DNA of 64,000 nucleotides from Candidatus Zixiibacteriota bacterium (GCA_037441845.1 JBBIRK010000001.1:369284-433283), one strand, 5' to 3'; positions 1 through 10,592 are shown, counted from the stretch's first letter. Translations and numbers: made by a program. The notes: a model not told the origin generated them from the letters alone.

Positions 1-41
1 GCATTTTATCATTAAGATCGGATGAATAAGGGGAGAATCCC

Positions 42-2669
42 ATGAAAATCGGTTTCACCGCGGCATTGATATTCTTCGCCGCTTTTCAGATCGCTGCGCC
101 GGTCAGCATTGCACCGGAAATCGTCGCCCAGTTGCGGGCATCAGGACAACTGGAAAGAATCGTAGAAGCCGACAGGATCGCACGACAGAACGGCGTGTGG
201 GAGGCCAATCCGAATCCGTATCGGCCGAATGTCGCCGCCGATGTCGATACCCTTCACTGCCTGATTATACTGGTTGATTTCAGCGATATGACTCATGAAA
301 GCGGATTCCACGCGGAGCCGTATCATTTCGATTCGCTGCTGTTTTCGATAAATGTGAGCAGCCCGGGCAGCATGACTGATTACTATCTTGACAATTCATA
401 CGGTCAGGCGCTGTTGGTCGGCCAGGTTACCCAATGGTATAGAATGCCGCAACCATATTCATATTACGTCAACGGCCAGCGCGGATTCGGAACCTATCCC
501 CGCAATGCCCAAAAATTGACCGAAGACGCGATCGCGGCGGCCGATCCCGATGTCAATTTCAATCTCTATGACAACGACGATGACGGCTATGTCGATGCCT
601 TGTTCGTGGTTCATGCCGGACCCGGCTATGAGGATACGGGAAATCTTAACTACATCCACTCACATGCCTGGGTTATCAGTCAGCCTATGTGGGTGGACGA
701 CGTGATAGCTTATCGCTATTCGATGGAGCCCGAGGAGACCGGCTCGCGCACTTTGATTTCGATCGGCGTTTTCTGTCACGAATTCGGCCATGTGCTGGGA
801 TTGCCGGACCTTTATGACTACGATTATGATTCCGATGGCGTCGGCATGTGGTCGATTATGGCCTCCGGATCGTGGGGCGGCGGCGGCCGCCGACCGGTTC
901 ATTTCGACGGCTGGAGCAAATTGCATCTCGGGTTCATAAATCCGATAGTGTTGCAGAACAACAGGGAAAACGAACAGATCGACGCGGTTGAGTATTCGCC
1001 CGATATCTATGTGCTTTTCAGCCGTGGTCAATACAGCAATCAGTATTTCCTGGTCGAAAACCGGCAGCGCGTGGATTTTGATCTCAGCTTACCCGGAAGC
1101 GGGCTGGTGATATACCATGTTGACGAATCGGTTCCCGACAATGACGACCAGAATCACTACAAAGTGGCGGTGGAGCAGGCCGACGGCGAATTCGATCTCG
1201 AACATAATCGAGGCAGCGATTCCGGAGATCCCTGGCCGGGCGGTCTCGACCGACGCACTTTCGATGATTACACTACGCCCAATTCCAACCTTTATGGCGG
1301 AAACGAGTCGGAAGTTTCGGTGAGTAACATCTCGGATTCGGATTCGACGATGTTCGCCGATCTTGCCATAATTTCCATAAATCCGTTGTTCCGACTGACA
1401 AGTTTGATTTTCATCGATTCCACAGGCAACGGCAACGGCCGCCCCGATGCCGGTGAAACCTGCAGGCTGCTCTTTTCCGCAACCAACGTCCGAGCCCAGG
1501 TCGATGACTTTACGGTGACAGCCCGCTGTAACGACCCGGCCGTTGTTTTCCTCGACTCCGTATCCCTATTCGGATTCATTCCCGTCAATCAGCCGTTCGA
1601 TAACTCAAACGACCCGATCAGATTTTCACTTCCGACAAATTACCAGAGTCGGTTCGTCGAAATCGTTCTCGATTTTTCCGCTCACGGCGGCGACTATCAC
1701 CAATCGATAAGCCGACGCGTTATTTTCGGGCTGCCGGAAATCACGCTGGTCGATGACGACAACGGCGCCGCCATAGATACTTTTTACACCCGCGCCCTCG
1801 ACAGTCTCGAATTCACCTGGCAACGATGGGACATAGCCAGTCAGGGAACGCCCTTTCCCGACATCTTTCAAGCCAGAGGCGTAATCTGGATGACCGGCGA
1901 CACTCGTGCCACGCCCATGCCCGAAGATTACGTAGCGGGGCTGATAGCCTACTTGAATCAAGGCGGAAGGCTTCTGATGACCAGCCAGGATTTCGTCCAG
2001 CTTCTCCAGCAACGAGGCTCGACACAAGATCTATTTCTACTTAATACGTTGCTTAAATTAAGCTATGATACCCTATCGACTTCATATGTAGCCGACGGTG
2101 TACCCGGCATGCCGTTCCAGGGTCAACGATATATTACTACCGGAGAGGGCGGTGCGCAAAATCAGCATTCGCAGGATGCCCTGGTGGCGCTCGCAGGAGG
2201 AACACCCGTCTTGAGATATTTCGTAAGCGATAGAATTGCCGCCGTGGGCGCCCAATCCAATTATCGCGCCCTGACTGTCGGTTTCGGAATCGAGGGAATC
2301 GACGTCGGTCACCCGCAATCCGCCACGCGGGCGGATTTCCTCTACTCGGCATTGCGTTATCTCGGATTTACGACGTCGATCGATGAAAACGAGAGCGCTA
2401 CCCCTACAACATTCAGCTTGGATCAGAACTACCCGAACCCGTTTAATGCCTCCACATCTATTTCATATAAACTTGCGACGTATGCGCATGTCAGACTGGA
2501 TATTTACGACTTGACCGGTCGGCTGGTGGAAAGACTGGTCGATAGTTATCAGGCCCCAGGATCATATTATTCTCGATGGAATGCGGCGGAAATTTCGAGC
2601 GGCATCTATTTTTATAGGCTTCAGGTGGGCGAAGAATCGCTGAAAAAGCGCATGTTGCTGATTAAATAA
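42..2669 (+). CDS. Secreted M6 family (immune inhibitor A-like) metalloprotease with T9SS/FlgD-type C-terminal domain
   Basis: Signal peptide; HEFGHVLGLPDLY zinc motif; GMWSIMASGSW; C-terminal LDQNYPNPFN...SGIYFYRL; SD GGGAG upstream. Confidence 0.9.
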   Translation: MKIGFTAALIFFAAFQIAAPVSIAPEIVAQLRASGQLERIVEADRIARQNGVWEANPNPYRPNVAADVDTLHCLIILVDFSDMTHESGFHAEPYHFDSLLFSINVSSPGSMTDYYLDNSYGQALLVGQVTQWYRMPQPYSYYVNGQRGFGTYPRNAQKLTEDAIAAADPDVNFNLYDNDDDGYVDALFVVHAGPGYEDTGNLNYIHSHAWVISQPMWVDDVIAYRYSMEPEETGSRTLISIGVFCHEFGHVLGLPDLYDYDYDSDGVGMWSIMASGSWGGGGRRPVHFDGWSKLHLGFINPIVLQNNRENEQIDAVEYSPDIYVLFSRGQYSNQYFLVENRQRVDFDLSLPGSGLVIYHVDESVPDNDDQNHYKVAVEQADGEFDLEHNRGSDSGDPWPGGLDRRTFDDYTTPNSNLYGGNESEVSVSNISDSDSTMFADLAIISINPLFRLTSLIFIDSTGNGNGRPDAGETCRLLFSATNVRAQVDDFTVTARCNDPAVVFLDSVSLFGFIPVNQPFDNSNDPIRFSLPTNYQSRFVEIVLDFSAHGGDYHQSISRRVIFGLPEITLVDDDNGAAIDTFYTRALDSLEFTWQRWDIASQGTPFPDIFQARGVIWMTGDTRATPMPEDYVAGLIAYLNQGGRLLMTSQDFVQLLQQRGSTQDLFLLNTLLKLSYDTLSTSYVADGVPGMPFQGQRYITTGEGGAQNQHSQDALVALAGGTPVLRYFVSDRIAAVGAQSNYRALTVGFGIEGIDVGHPQSATRADFLYSALRYLGFTTSIDENESATPTTFSLDQNYPNPFNASTSISYKLATYAHVRLDIYDLTGRLVERLVDSYQAPGSYYSRWNAAEISSGIYFYRLQVGEESLKKRMLLIK

Positions 2670-2777
2670 ATAAGCATCCAAAAGAACTGCCCTTAAAAAA
2701 ACACCGCATGACGGCGCTTTCTTAATATCGTGCCTTGAAATCACTAAAAAGAATTTTTACTCTTTTATCCATAATCC

Positions 2778-2806
2778 TTGACAAGGTGACATCGGACCAA
2801 TAATAT
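2778..2806 (+). promoter_or_regulatory. Sigma70-type promoter
   Basis: TTGACA-17nt-TAATAT, followed by the inverted repeat AATGGTG-6-CACCATT (2808-2827). Confidence 0.6.
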
Positions 2807-2956
2807 AAATGGTGAAAATACACCATTATTGTCGTTCAAGTCGGGCGTTTGAGATGCTTATAGCTTAGCCAAGACGATGATCTCATAAAAATTTTCGAGT
2901 CTCAATTCCAATTTCGCCTGCTATTGCCTTTGCAGGCAGGCAGTAATGGAGGTTCT

Positions 2957-4006
2957 ATGATCAAGAAACCGCTGACATTATTGGCCGCTTTTCTATTGTT
3001 ATTGCCATTCGCACCTTGGCAACATTCGGAAATATCGGCGGAAACCAGCGATCGTTTAACCGATCGGGCGCTTGATCACTATCAGCCATCGCAGTTAACC
3101 GAACCGTTCTGGGTTGTGCTCGAGCGGATTCCCGCCGAGCGAAAAGGCGGCTGCAGAATCGAATTCGAAACTTTCGAGCAACTGCCGGCCGCGGCGACAA
3201 TTGCCCTGAACGAAATCGCCTCCGCTTGGAACAATGGTCAACCGGATCAAGCGCTGGCTTTGTGCTCCAAACTGCCGGTCGATTTGATGGCCATTCCTCC
3301 TGCCATAGGAATTTCATGGCTGGATAAAGGCGAACCCTCGCCCAATACGGAATTGCCGCTTTGGTACACGGATATCCGTATAGGCACCAGAGACAGCATC
3401 GATCAGCTCGCCTTTGATATCCATCGCGCCAGCAACCACCTTTTCGCGGTTCTGAAAAATCAGGAAGGGACCGGGCATTACTGGCACGTCAATATCTCGA
3501 CCGATCTGGGGCAAAATTGGAGCGAGACATATTCGTGGTATGGCTCGTATCCGATGACAATCAGTGCGACCGTAGTGGTGAATCATTGCTATGTAGCCTA
3601 TGGTTATTTGGGCGATGCAAGGATACGGCGTTTTGCATGGAGCAATGGAAACAGCGAAAATTTCGGTGATGGCTCAAGTTACGTCACAGTATTCTCGGTA
3701 AGTTCGCCCGATTCGGTCAGAGAAGTAGTCTTAACTTCCAATCAAGACTCATTCAACAACCGCCTTTATTATTTGGCAATCACCAATTTGAACGCCTTGC
3801 GTTGTTTCTGGGATGATCAAGATGCCTTGAGCTGGAGCGAGGTCGCCACCGGCGTTTTCGATGCCTCACAAGGATTGGATGCCAGTTATAATTATAGCTA
3901 CACTAACTACTTTTTCTTCGTTTCCTATCTGGATATCAGCGGCAACCTCAAAATTCTGGGCTGGCTCCCCGCGCTTTATCTGGGCGAAAGCGAAACCGGT
4001 CAGTGA
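2957..4006 (+). CDS. Secreted Asp-box/beta-propeller-like protein, possibly an N-terminal half only
   Basis: SD GGAGG before ATG 2957; signal peptide; Asp-box STDLGQNW; beta-rich sequence. Confidence 0.7.
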   Translation: MIKKPLTLLAAFLLLLPFAPWQHSEISAETSDRLTDRALDHYQPSQLTEPFWVVLERIPAERKGGCRIEFETFEQLPAAATIALNEIASAWNNGQPDQALALCSKLPVDLMAIPPAIGISWLDKGEPSPNTELPLWYTDIRIGTRDSIDQLAFDIHRASNHLFAVLKNQEGTGHYWHVNISTDLGQNWSETYSWYGSYPMTISATVVVNHCYVAYGYLGDARIRRFAWSNGNSENFGDGSSYVTVFSVSSPDSVREVVLTSNQDSFNNRLYYLAITNLNALRCFWDDQDALSWSEVATGVFDASQGLDASYNYSYTNYFFFVSYLDISGNLKILGWLPALYLGESETGQ

Positions 4007-4021
4007 GAATAGGAGGCAAAA

Positions 4022-6952
4022 ATGAAAAATTCCATGTCGATTGCAATTGCCGCCGGGATACTCATACTGGCCGCAGGTCCCCTCAATGCCGAATTGATCA
4101 CTTGCAGCAATCCCTGGGGACAAGCGCACCAATTCAATGTCCTCGCCCAATCGGCAGGCGGCGTCGAAATAATTTTCAGCCTTCACGATTATTTGCTGGA
4201 GGAACTTGTCGTAGGCAATTCGCTCATGTACACCGCAGGAATACCCGGAGTATTTCTGCCCGGTGATCCGGGAACACCTAATCTTGCGCGAAGCGCCCGC
4301 TACGTGGCTATTCCCCAGGGTTCCGAGGTCAAGGCGACTATCGTTGCAAGCCGAATCGACAGAAGATCGGGAATCGAAATCGCTCCGTCGCCGGAATTGC
4401 CTCTGGAATCCGACGATTCCCCTTTGACCTATATCAAAGATATGTCGATCTACGGCAAGGATGCGTTCTACCCGGAAACCCCGGTGTTGATATCTTCTCC
4501 CCGGAAGATCAGGGGCGTCGATGTCGTCATCGTCAGCATCTGTCCGTTTCAATACAATCCGGTCACTAAGGAACTGCTGATTTATCGGGACCTGCAATTA
4601 AGGCTCGATTTTATCGGCGGCAACGGGCATTTCGGCGAGGACCGACTGCGCAGCCGTTTTTGGGAACCGATACTGCAAAATCATCTGATAAACTACTCGT
4701 CGCTCGAACCGATCGATTTCTACTCACCCGAGCGCACGACGCTTATCAATGATTATGAGTATATAATTATTGTGCCCAACGATGCCGTTTTTGAGGCCTG
4801 GGGCGATACGATTAAAAGCTGGCGGTGCAAACAGGGCATTCCGACCGAGGTGTTCACCTTAAGCGAAATCGGCGGCTCCGACAGCGCATCGATCAAAAAT
4901 TTCCTGCAAAACGCCTACAACACCTGGAATCCGGCGCCGGCCGCGTTCCTGATTTTGTCGGATTACCCATCGAGCGGCCTCGTCTATGGCATAACTTCGG
5001 CGCATGTGCCTCATCCCGACGGCCAGATGATCGCCGACAATTGGTATGCCGATTTCGACGGCGACACCTTGCCCGAACTCCATCACGCCCGAATTTGCGC
5101 CCAAAACAACTCTCAGCTGAGCACGATAATCAACAAATTCCTGTCATACGAGCGCAGTCCCTATACCGATGTCGATTTTTATAATGAACCGCTGGTCTGC
5201 GCCGCCTGGCAGACCGACCGCTGGTTCCAGCTTTGCGGCGAAGTCATCAGAGGATTCCTGATCAACGGCCTTGGAAAATCTCCTAATCGGCAGTACCAAA
5301 TATACTCCGGAACCCCGGTGGTCGGCGGCCCCTGGTCAACCGCAACCAACACGCGAACAGTCGTCCAATATTGGTATGCGAGAGGTTGGCTGAGTGATAC
5401 GTTGAATCAGAATAATTCCGCATGGTGGAGCAACGGCACCAATACTGCAATAACTAACGGCATCAATTCCGGGGCGTTCCTGGTCCAGCACCGAGATCAC
5501 GGTTTGATTGATGGTTGGGGCGAACCTAGCTACGATACACTGGATTTGAATAACCTTAACAATACGATGTATCCGTTCGTCTATTCCACCAATTGCCAAA
5601 CCGGATGGTACGATTATTCGGCACGATGCTTTACCGAAAAATTTCTGCGCATCAGCGGGGGCGCTCTCGGAGTCAATTCCCCTACGCGCAACAGCTACTC
5701 GTTCGTGAACGACGTTTATGTTTGGGGCACTTATGACTGCCTTTGGCCGCAGTTCGATAACGGCTACCCATTGATCGATATAGTCGGCTATCCTAATCTC
5801 AGACCATGCATGGCCATGACCTCGGGCAAATACTACCTTAATGTGCATAATTGGCCTTCTAATCCCGAATCAAAAGCGGTCACCTACAACTTGTTTCATC
5901 ATCATGGCGATGCCTTCAGTATCCTCTATTCGCGAACCCCTCTGACCATGGCCGTAACCCATCCGTACACGATAGTCGCAGGTCAAGACATCGTACCCGT
6001 CACCGCTCCTGACAGCGCTATCGTAGCCTTGACGGTCAACGACGTAATAATCGGAGTTGCCGAGGCCACCGGCGGTCCGATGAATATAAGTATTATCCCC
6101 CAAGCGATCGGCGCGACAGTGTTGATTACCGTAACCAAGCCGAATTACTATAGATACACCGCGACCATACCGGTCATCCCGCCGCCGCTAAACCAGATTT
6201 ACAGCCGTTCCGTCGGAGTAAACGCAGATTATACCTCGATCAGCGCCTACCGTGATACAGCCATATGCTTCTTCGACTACATGGGCGCAAGACAATACGT
6301 GATTTACGCGATCAGCTACAATGGAGGAAACTCCTGGCAGTGGGGAACCCCGGCGGATACGTCGGTCATGTCGGAAAGCCCCGATGTAACCGCTCGAGGC
6401 GGTGGCGGGATTGGGGTCATATATCGCTATTATTCACCGTTTAGAGAGCTCCGCTATAACTGGCGGGACTATTCACCCGGCGCTTGGAGTCCGTATCAAA
6501 GTCTGGCCGATAATCAACCTTATTACAATAAGCCGGCGATCGAATATCTCACCCAGGGAAATTATGGAGTGGTGTTCTTGAGCTGGAACAATCCGGTTGT
6601 CCGCGGAGCTTATTACGATCACCTCAACATGGGCGGAATATGCAACTATGTGCCGGGGGATATCAACGGCGACGGCGTCCGCCTGGGCGGCGATGTCACT
6701 TACGGCGTCCGCTATTTCAAGGGATTGGGTTCACCGCCTCCTGATAGTTGCTATATGGACTCCACCCACAGTTTCATCTATGTTGCCGGCGACGTCAACG
6801 GCAATTGCGAATTCCGGGGATCGGATATTACGCGCCTGGTCCAGTATTTCAAGGGAATGGCGACCTTGAGCTACTGCCATTTCTTCCCGCCGCCGCTGAT
6901 CAGGCAAAATCGCATAAGCGAAATAATAAGTGAAATAGGAGGTGAAAAATAG
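4022..6952 (+). CDS. Gingipain-like C25 cysteine peptidase (propeptide, catalytic, Ig) with propeller segment and C-terminal dockerin-like module
   Basis: SD AGGAGG; signal peptide; propeptide motif PFQYNPV; HRDHG and NCQTG catalytic His/Cys; GDINGDG...GDVNGNC repeats. Confidence 0.88.
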   Translation: MKNSMSIAIAAGILILAAGPLNAELITCSNPWGQAHQFNVLAQSAGGVEIIFSLHDYLLEELVVGNSLMYTAGIPGVFLPGDPGTPNLARSARYVAIPQGSEVKATIVASRIDRRSGIEIAPSPELPLESDDSPLTYIKDMSIYGKDAFYPETPVLISSPRKIRGVDVVIVSICPFQYNPVTKELLIYRDLQLRLDFIGGNGHFGEDRLRSRFWEPILQNHLINYSSLEPIDFYSPERTTLINDYEYIIIVPNDAVFEAWGDTIKSWRCKQGIPTEVFTLSEIGGSDSASIKNFLQNAYNTWNPAPAAFLILSDYPSSGLVYGITSAHVPHPDGQMIADNWYADFDGDTLPELHHARICAQNNSQLSTIINKFLSYERSPYTDVDFYNEPLVCAAWQTDRWFQLCGEVIRGFLINGLGKSPNRQYQIYSGTPVVGGPWSTATNTRTVVQYWYARGWLSDTLNQNNSAWWSNGTNTAITNGINSGAFLVQHRDHGLIDGWGEPSYDTLDLNNLNNTMYPFVYSTNCQTGWYDYSARCFTEKFLRISGGALGVNSPTRNSYSFVNDVYVWGTYDCLWPQFDNGYPLIDIVGYPNLRPCMAMTSGKYYLNVHNWPSNPESKAVTYNLFHHHGDAFSILYSRTPLTMAVTHPYTIVAGQDIVPVTAPDSAIVALTVNDVIIGVAEATGGPMNISIIPQAIGATVLITVTKPNYYRYTATIPVIPPPLNQIYSRSVGVNADYTSISAYRDTAICFFDYMGARQYVIYAISYNGGNSWQWGTPADTSVMSESPDVTARGGGGIGVIYRYYSPFRELRYNWRDYSPGAWSPYQSLADNQPYYNKPAIEYLTQGNYGVVFLSWNNPVVRGAYYDHLNMGGICNYVPGDINGDGVRLGGDVTYGVRYFKGLGSPPPDSCYMDSTHSFIYVAGDVNGNCEFRGSDITRLVQYFKGMATLSYCHFFPPPLIRQNRISEIISEIGGEK

Positions 6953-7085
6953 GAACTGTCTGAATTGAAGATTCCGGCGACCGAAAAAATGCTTTTTCGT
7001 TTGTCGAAGGGGAAAACAGCGCAAATATCCACCTGATGGTCAGGGGAGATCATGCTAAGGCACTTTATTTTGAGGAGCTGACACG

Positions 7086-9263
7086 ATGAGATCCGCAAAA
7101 TTGTTTCTCTTGGTATTGTTGATTGGCATATCAGCGTTGGGAACTTCGGCCGGCGCTGATACTTTGACCATCCTTCATGTCAACGATTCGCATTCCCACC
7201 TATTGCCATACGGCCCGCGCGATGCCGCCGGTAATCACACTCTGGGCGGGATGGCACGCCTGGCGACCATGATCGGTATGCAGAGAATGACGGAACCGAA
7301 CGTTTTGTTGTTCCATTCCGGTGATTTTTTCGTGGGCGACTTCATGTTCCAGAAATATCTCGGCATAGCCGAGCTGGAGATTATGAAAGCACTCGATTTC
7401 GACGCGCTCGAACTCGGCAATCATGAATTCGACCTGTATCCGCAGACGCTGGCCTATGTTTTATCCCAAGCCGGATTTCCGCAAAACGGTTTTCCCTTGC
7501 TTTGCGCCAATCTCGACCTTTCCGGTTATCCGGATTTGGGCTATTTCGTGCGGCCTTATATTGTCATGGATATCGGAGCGACAAGGGTGGGCGTTTTCGG
7601 ACTATTGACCGATATGGCCAATCAGATATCGAACCCGGCACCGGTTACGGTTTTGCCGCCGATCCCCGCTGCTGCAATTTGGATTGACAGCCTGAGGAAC
7701 GGCCACAGCTGCGATATAGTCATTTTGCTGTCGCACTTGGGGATTGATACTGACCAACTGCTCGCCTCGACGATCCCTGGTATCGACATCATCTTGGGCG
7801 GCCACAGCCACACCGAAATAAATCAGCCGATCCTAATAGGCGGCACACTGATAGTTCAGGCGAAAGAGTTTTACCGTTACCTCGGCAAGTTAAAAATCGT
7901 CGTCACCGGCGGCGATATCCAAAGCTGGAATTACGAACTGTTGCCGATCGATTCCTCGGTGCCGCCGGAGCCGACGCTCGAGGCGATGATAAACACTCTT
8001 GTCGCCGGTGTGGAAATAGATCCACGGTTCGGCCCGGTTTACTCGCAAATGATCGCTCAGGCCGGATGCGATATTAAGAAAGAGCTTGGCGATGGTATCT
8101 GCCGCGACAACGGCTTGGGCGCACTGGTGGCCGAGGCGTTGAGGACTGCGGCCGGCACGGATATCGCTTTTCAACCGCAAGGTTTTATTTCGCAAACCCT
8201 TTTCGCCGGAGCTCTATCCGGATCGGACATCTTTCAGGCGGTTCCTTATGGTTTCGATCAGATCTCGGGCCTCGGATTCAAGATGGCCACATTCGAGCTG
8301 AACGGACTATCGATAATCGCCGGCCTCGAGTTCTCGGTTTATAATATGCCTTACATGGAGGACTTCTTCCTGCATTGTTCCAATCTCGCCTACGCCTATA
8401 ACTCTGCCGATGACCCGGGTAGCAGAATAAAATATTCCTCGTTGCGGGTTGGTGGAAGACTGCTCAATCCATTCGCCACGTATTCGGTGGCCGTGCCGGA
8501 GGGCGTGATACCGTTTCTGAGCCAGATCCCCGGATTCCAGATGGATAATCTGGTGATTACCGACCAGTTCATTTACGACGTGGTGAAAAATTACATCGTT
8601 GCCAACTCGCCGGTGGTATTTTACAGCGATGGACGAGCGATGGATTTGGCGCTTCTTAACCCACCTGTCGACGGCACCGTGAAACTTTCTGATGTCGTCA
8701 GGCTTTTCGGCCAAAATGGTTTCATAAACGATGCGGCCGCGGTCGATAATCTCTGTAATCAACTTCGCATCACAAGATACTATCTCGGACGCGATCGGGA
8801 GCTGGCGGCGATACTCAGCTTGTACGCGTTTAAAGCCAAGGTTAGATTCTACCAGCTGCGTCGGAATATCGATGCTGTCGGCGCAGGCAGATTGATTCTG
8901 TTGGCCGATCAATTGATCGACAATATCATCCCGGGCTTCCCCAAGGAAAGCGCAACGGAAGTTGCGGAAACGGAACCGATTCCGCAGCAATTCATACTGA
9001 TGCAAAATTACCCGAATCCGTTCAACCCCAGCACCGAAATAACCTACTATTTGCCGCAGGATTCCAGAACAACGCTTGCGATCTATGATATTGCCGGAAG
9101 AGAGGTAAGAGTCTTGGCCGACGAATACCAGGAGGCCGGCATTCATTCGATTTCTTGGGACGGGCGCGATCGGAACGGGTGTCATGTCGCCAGCGGCGTC
9201 TATTTCTATCGTCTCAAGGCCGGCGATTTCGCGGAAACGAAAAAGATGAGTATAGTCCGCTGA
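7086..9263 (+). CDS. 5'-nucleotidase / metallophosphoesterase with T9SS-type C-terminal domain
   Basis: NDSHSH, GD, GNHEFD, LSHLG and GGHSH motifs; QNYPNPFNP C-terminal domain. Confidence 0.9.
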   Translation: MRSAKLFLLVLLIGISALGTSAGADTLTILHVNDSHSHLLPYGPRDAAGNHTLGGMARLATMIGMQRMTEPNVLLFHSGDFFVGDFMFQKYLGIAELEIMKALDFDALELGNHEFDLYPQTLAYVLSQAGFPQNGFPLLCANLDLSGYPDLGYFVRPYIVMDIGATRVGVFGLLTDMANQISNPAPVTVLPPIPAAAIWIDSLRNGHSCDIVILLSHLGIDTDQLLASTIPGIDIILGGHSHTEINQPILIGGTLIVQAKEFYRYLGKLKIVVTGGDIQSWNYELLPIDSSVPPEPTLEAMINTLVAGVEIDPRFGPVYSQMIAQAGCDIKKELGDGICRDNGLGALVAEALRTAAGTDIAFQPQGFISQTLFAGALSGSDIFQAVPYGFDQISGLGFKMATFELNGLSIIAGLEFSVYNMPYMEDFFLHCSNLAYAYNSADDPGSRIKYSSLRVGGRLLNPFATYSVAVPEGVIPFLSQIPGFQMDNLVITDQFIYDVVKNYIVANSPVVFYSDGRAMDLALLNPPVDGTVKLSDVVRLFGQNGFINDAAAVDNLCNQLRITRYYLGRDRELAAILSLYAFKAKVRFYQLRRNIDAVGAGRLILLADQLIDNIIPGFPKESATEVAETEPIPQQFILMQNYPNPFNPSTEITYYLPQDSRTTLAIYDIAGREVRVLADEYQEAGIHSISWDGRDRNGCHVASGVYFYRLKAGDFAETKKMSIVR

Positions 9264-9288
9264 TGTCACAAAGACGGGTATCTTTCAT

Positions 9289-9318
9289 GCGGGCGGCCTT
9301 ATGCGCCGCCCGTTTTTT
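9289..9318 (+). terminator. Rho-independent terminator
   Basis: GCGGGCGGC-7nt-GCCGCCCGT followed by a T-tract. Confidence 0.8.
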
Positions 9319-9319
9319 G

Positions 9320-9348
9320 TTGCATTGTGAGATGCAGGTTGATATTCT
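9320..9348 (+). promoter_or_regulatory. Sigma70 promoter, probably giving a leaderless transcript
   Basis: TTGCAT-17-TATTCT with TGn extension; ATG lies 6 nt after the -10; no SD. Confidence 0.6.
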
Positions 9349-9354
9349 CAATCG

Positions 9355-10233
9355 ATGTTCACCGGATTGCATTTCCTTTTAACCTATACCTGCCTATTCA
9401 AGTGCGATCATTGTTTTCTGTATTGCGGACCCGAGGCGAAAGGGACTTTTACGTTCGCCGAAATAGATGACGCCCTTCGACAGGCGATCGATGCGGGAAT
9501 CGATACGGTTTTTTTCGAAGGCGGTGAGCCGTTCTTGTATTATCCCATAATGCTCGAATCGGTGCGGCGGGCGAAACGGCTCGGGCTATGGGTCGGAATT
9601 GTCACCAATGGATATTGGGCGACAGCTTTGGATGATGCCGAATTGTGGTTGAAACCGCTTAAAGTCGCCGGGCTCGACGAACTGACGATTTCCAATGATG
9701 AATATCATTCCGACGAACCCTCGAGAGGCACAACCGATAACGCCCTGACCGCGGCAAAAAGCCTGGGAATAAATACGTCATGTATTTGGGTCGATCAGCC
9801 CGAGAGCGCGGATACCGAATGCAACGATCATGTGAAAGTCATGTTCAAGGGACGGGCTGTCGAATTAACCGAAAGCGTGCGCCGGCGGCAATATTCGGTT
9901 TTCCGCGAGTGTCCGCATGAAAATCTGGCCGAGCCCGAACGCGCGCATCTCGATCCTTTCGGCAACGTCTTCGTCTGCCAAGGATTGTCGATCGGGAATA
10001 TCCGCGAAAAAAGCCTGAAAAAAATCAAACGCGATTATCGGCCCCAAGACCATCCTATAATCGGCCCGTTGCTGCGCGGCGGTCCGGCGGAACTGGCGGA
10101 AATATACGGTCTTCCACAGGGAACCGATTACGCCGATCATTGCCATCTTTGCTTTCTAATCCGAAAGGAACTTTTAAGCATGTTTCCCCAATATCTTTGT
10201 CCGGCGCAGGTCTACGGGATTTCCGACAGGTGA
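9355..10233 (+). CDS. Radical SAM protein
   Basis: CLFKCDHC (CxxxCxxC), GGEP, VTNG; extra C-terminal cysteines (CHLC). Confidence 0.9.
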   Translation: MFTGLHFLLTYTCLFKCDHCFLYCGPEAKGTFTFAEIDDALRQAIDAGIDTVFFEGGEPFLYYPIMLESVRRAKRLGLWVGIVTNGYWATALDDAELWLKPLKVAGLDELTISNDEYHSDEPSRGTTDNALTAAKSLGINTSCIWVDQPESADTECNDHVKVMFKGRAVELTESVRRRQYSVFRECPHENLAEPERAHLDPFGNVFVCQGLSIGNIREKSLKKIKRDYRPQDHPIIGPLLRGGPAELAEIYGLPQGTDYADHCHLCFLIRKELLSMFPQYLCPAQVYGISDR

Positions 10234-10265
10234 ATGCAGAAAAAAGCGGGATGGGCAATAGGTTG

Positions 10266-10592
10266 TTACGATTTCAAATCTATCTCGATGCCCGTATTTA
10301 TTATCGAATAAAGAAGCGGCAACCAATTGTCGCGCTCAAAATCCTCGGGTGAATAAGCAACCGGCTCGATCCGCTCGTCAATTCGGCTTGCCAGACGGCT
10401 CAATGTCCTCTTGGTCTCGAAATCGGTGCGCTGAAGTCCCTCGATTATCAGCGCCAGGTCTATGTCCGCCGACTCCGTGGAATCACCTCGCGCCCGTGAG
10501 CCATAGAGGATCGCCCGTTTCACCGGAAAACCTTCTTTGAGCAGAAGCCGCAAGTAGTCGAGGATTATCCGTTTAATTTCCTGATCAACCAT
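10266..10592 (-). CDS. Minimal nucleotidyltransferase (MNT), HEPN partner
   Basis: LYGSRARG...DID motif; SD GGAGG before ATG 10592; overlaps the HEPN gene. Confidence 0.85.
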   Translation of the reverse strand: MVDQEIKRIILDYLRLLLKEGFPVKRAILYGSRARGDSTESADIDLALIIEGLQRTDFETKRTLSRLASRIDERIEPVAYSPEDFERDNWLPLLYSIINTGIEIDLKS

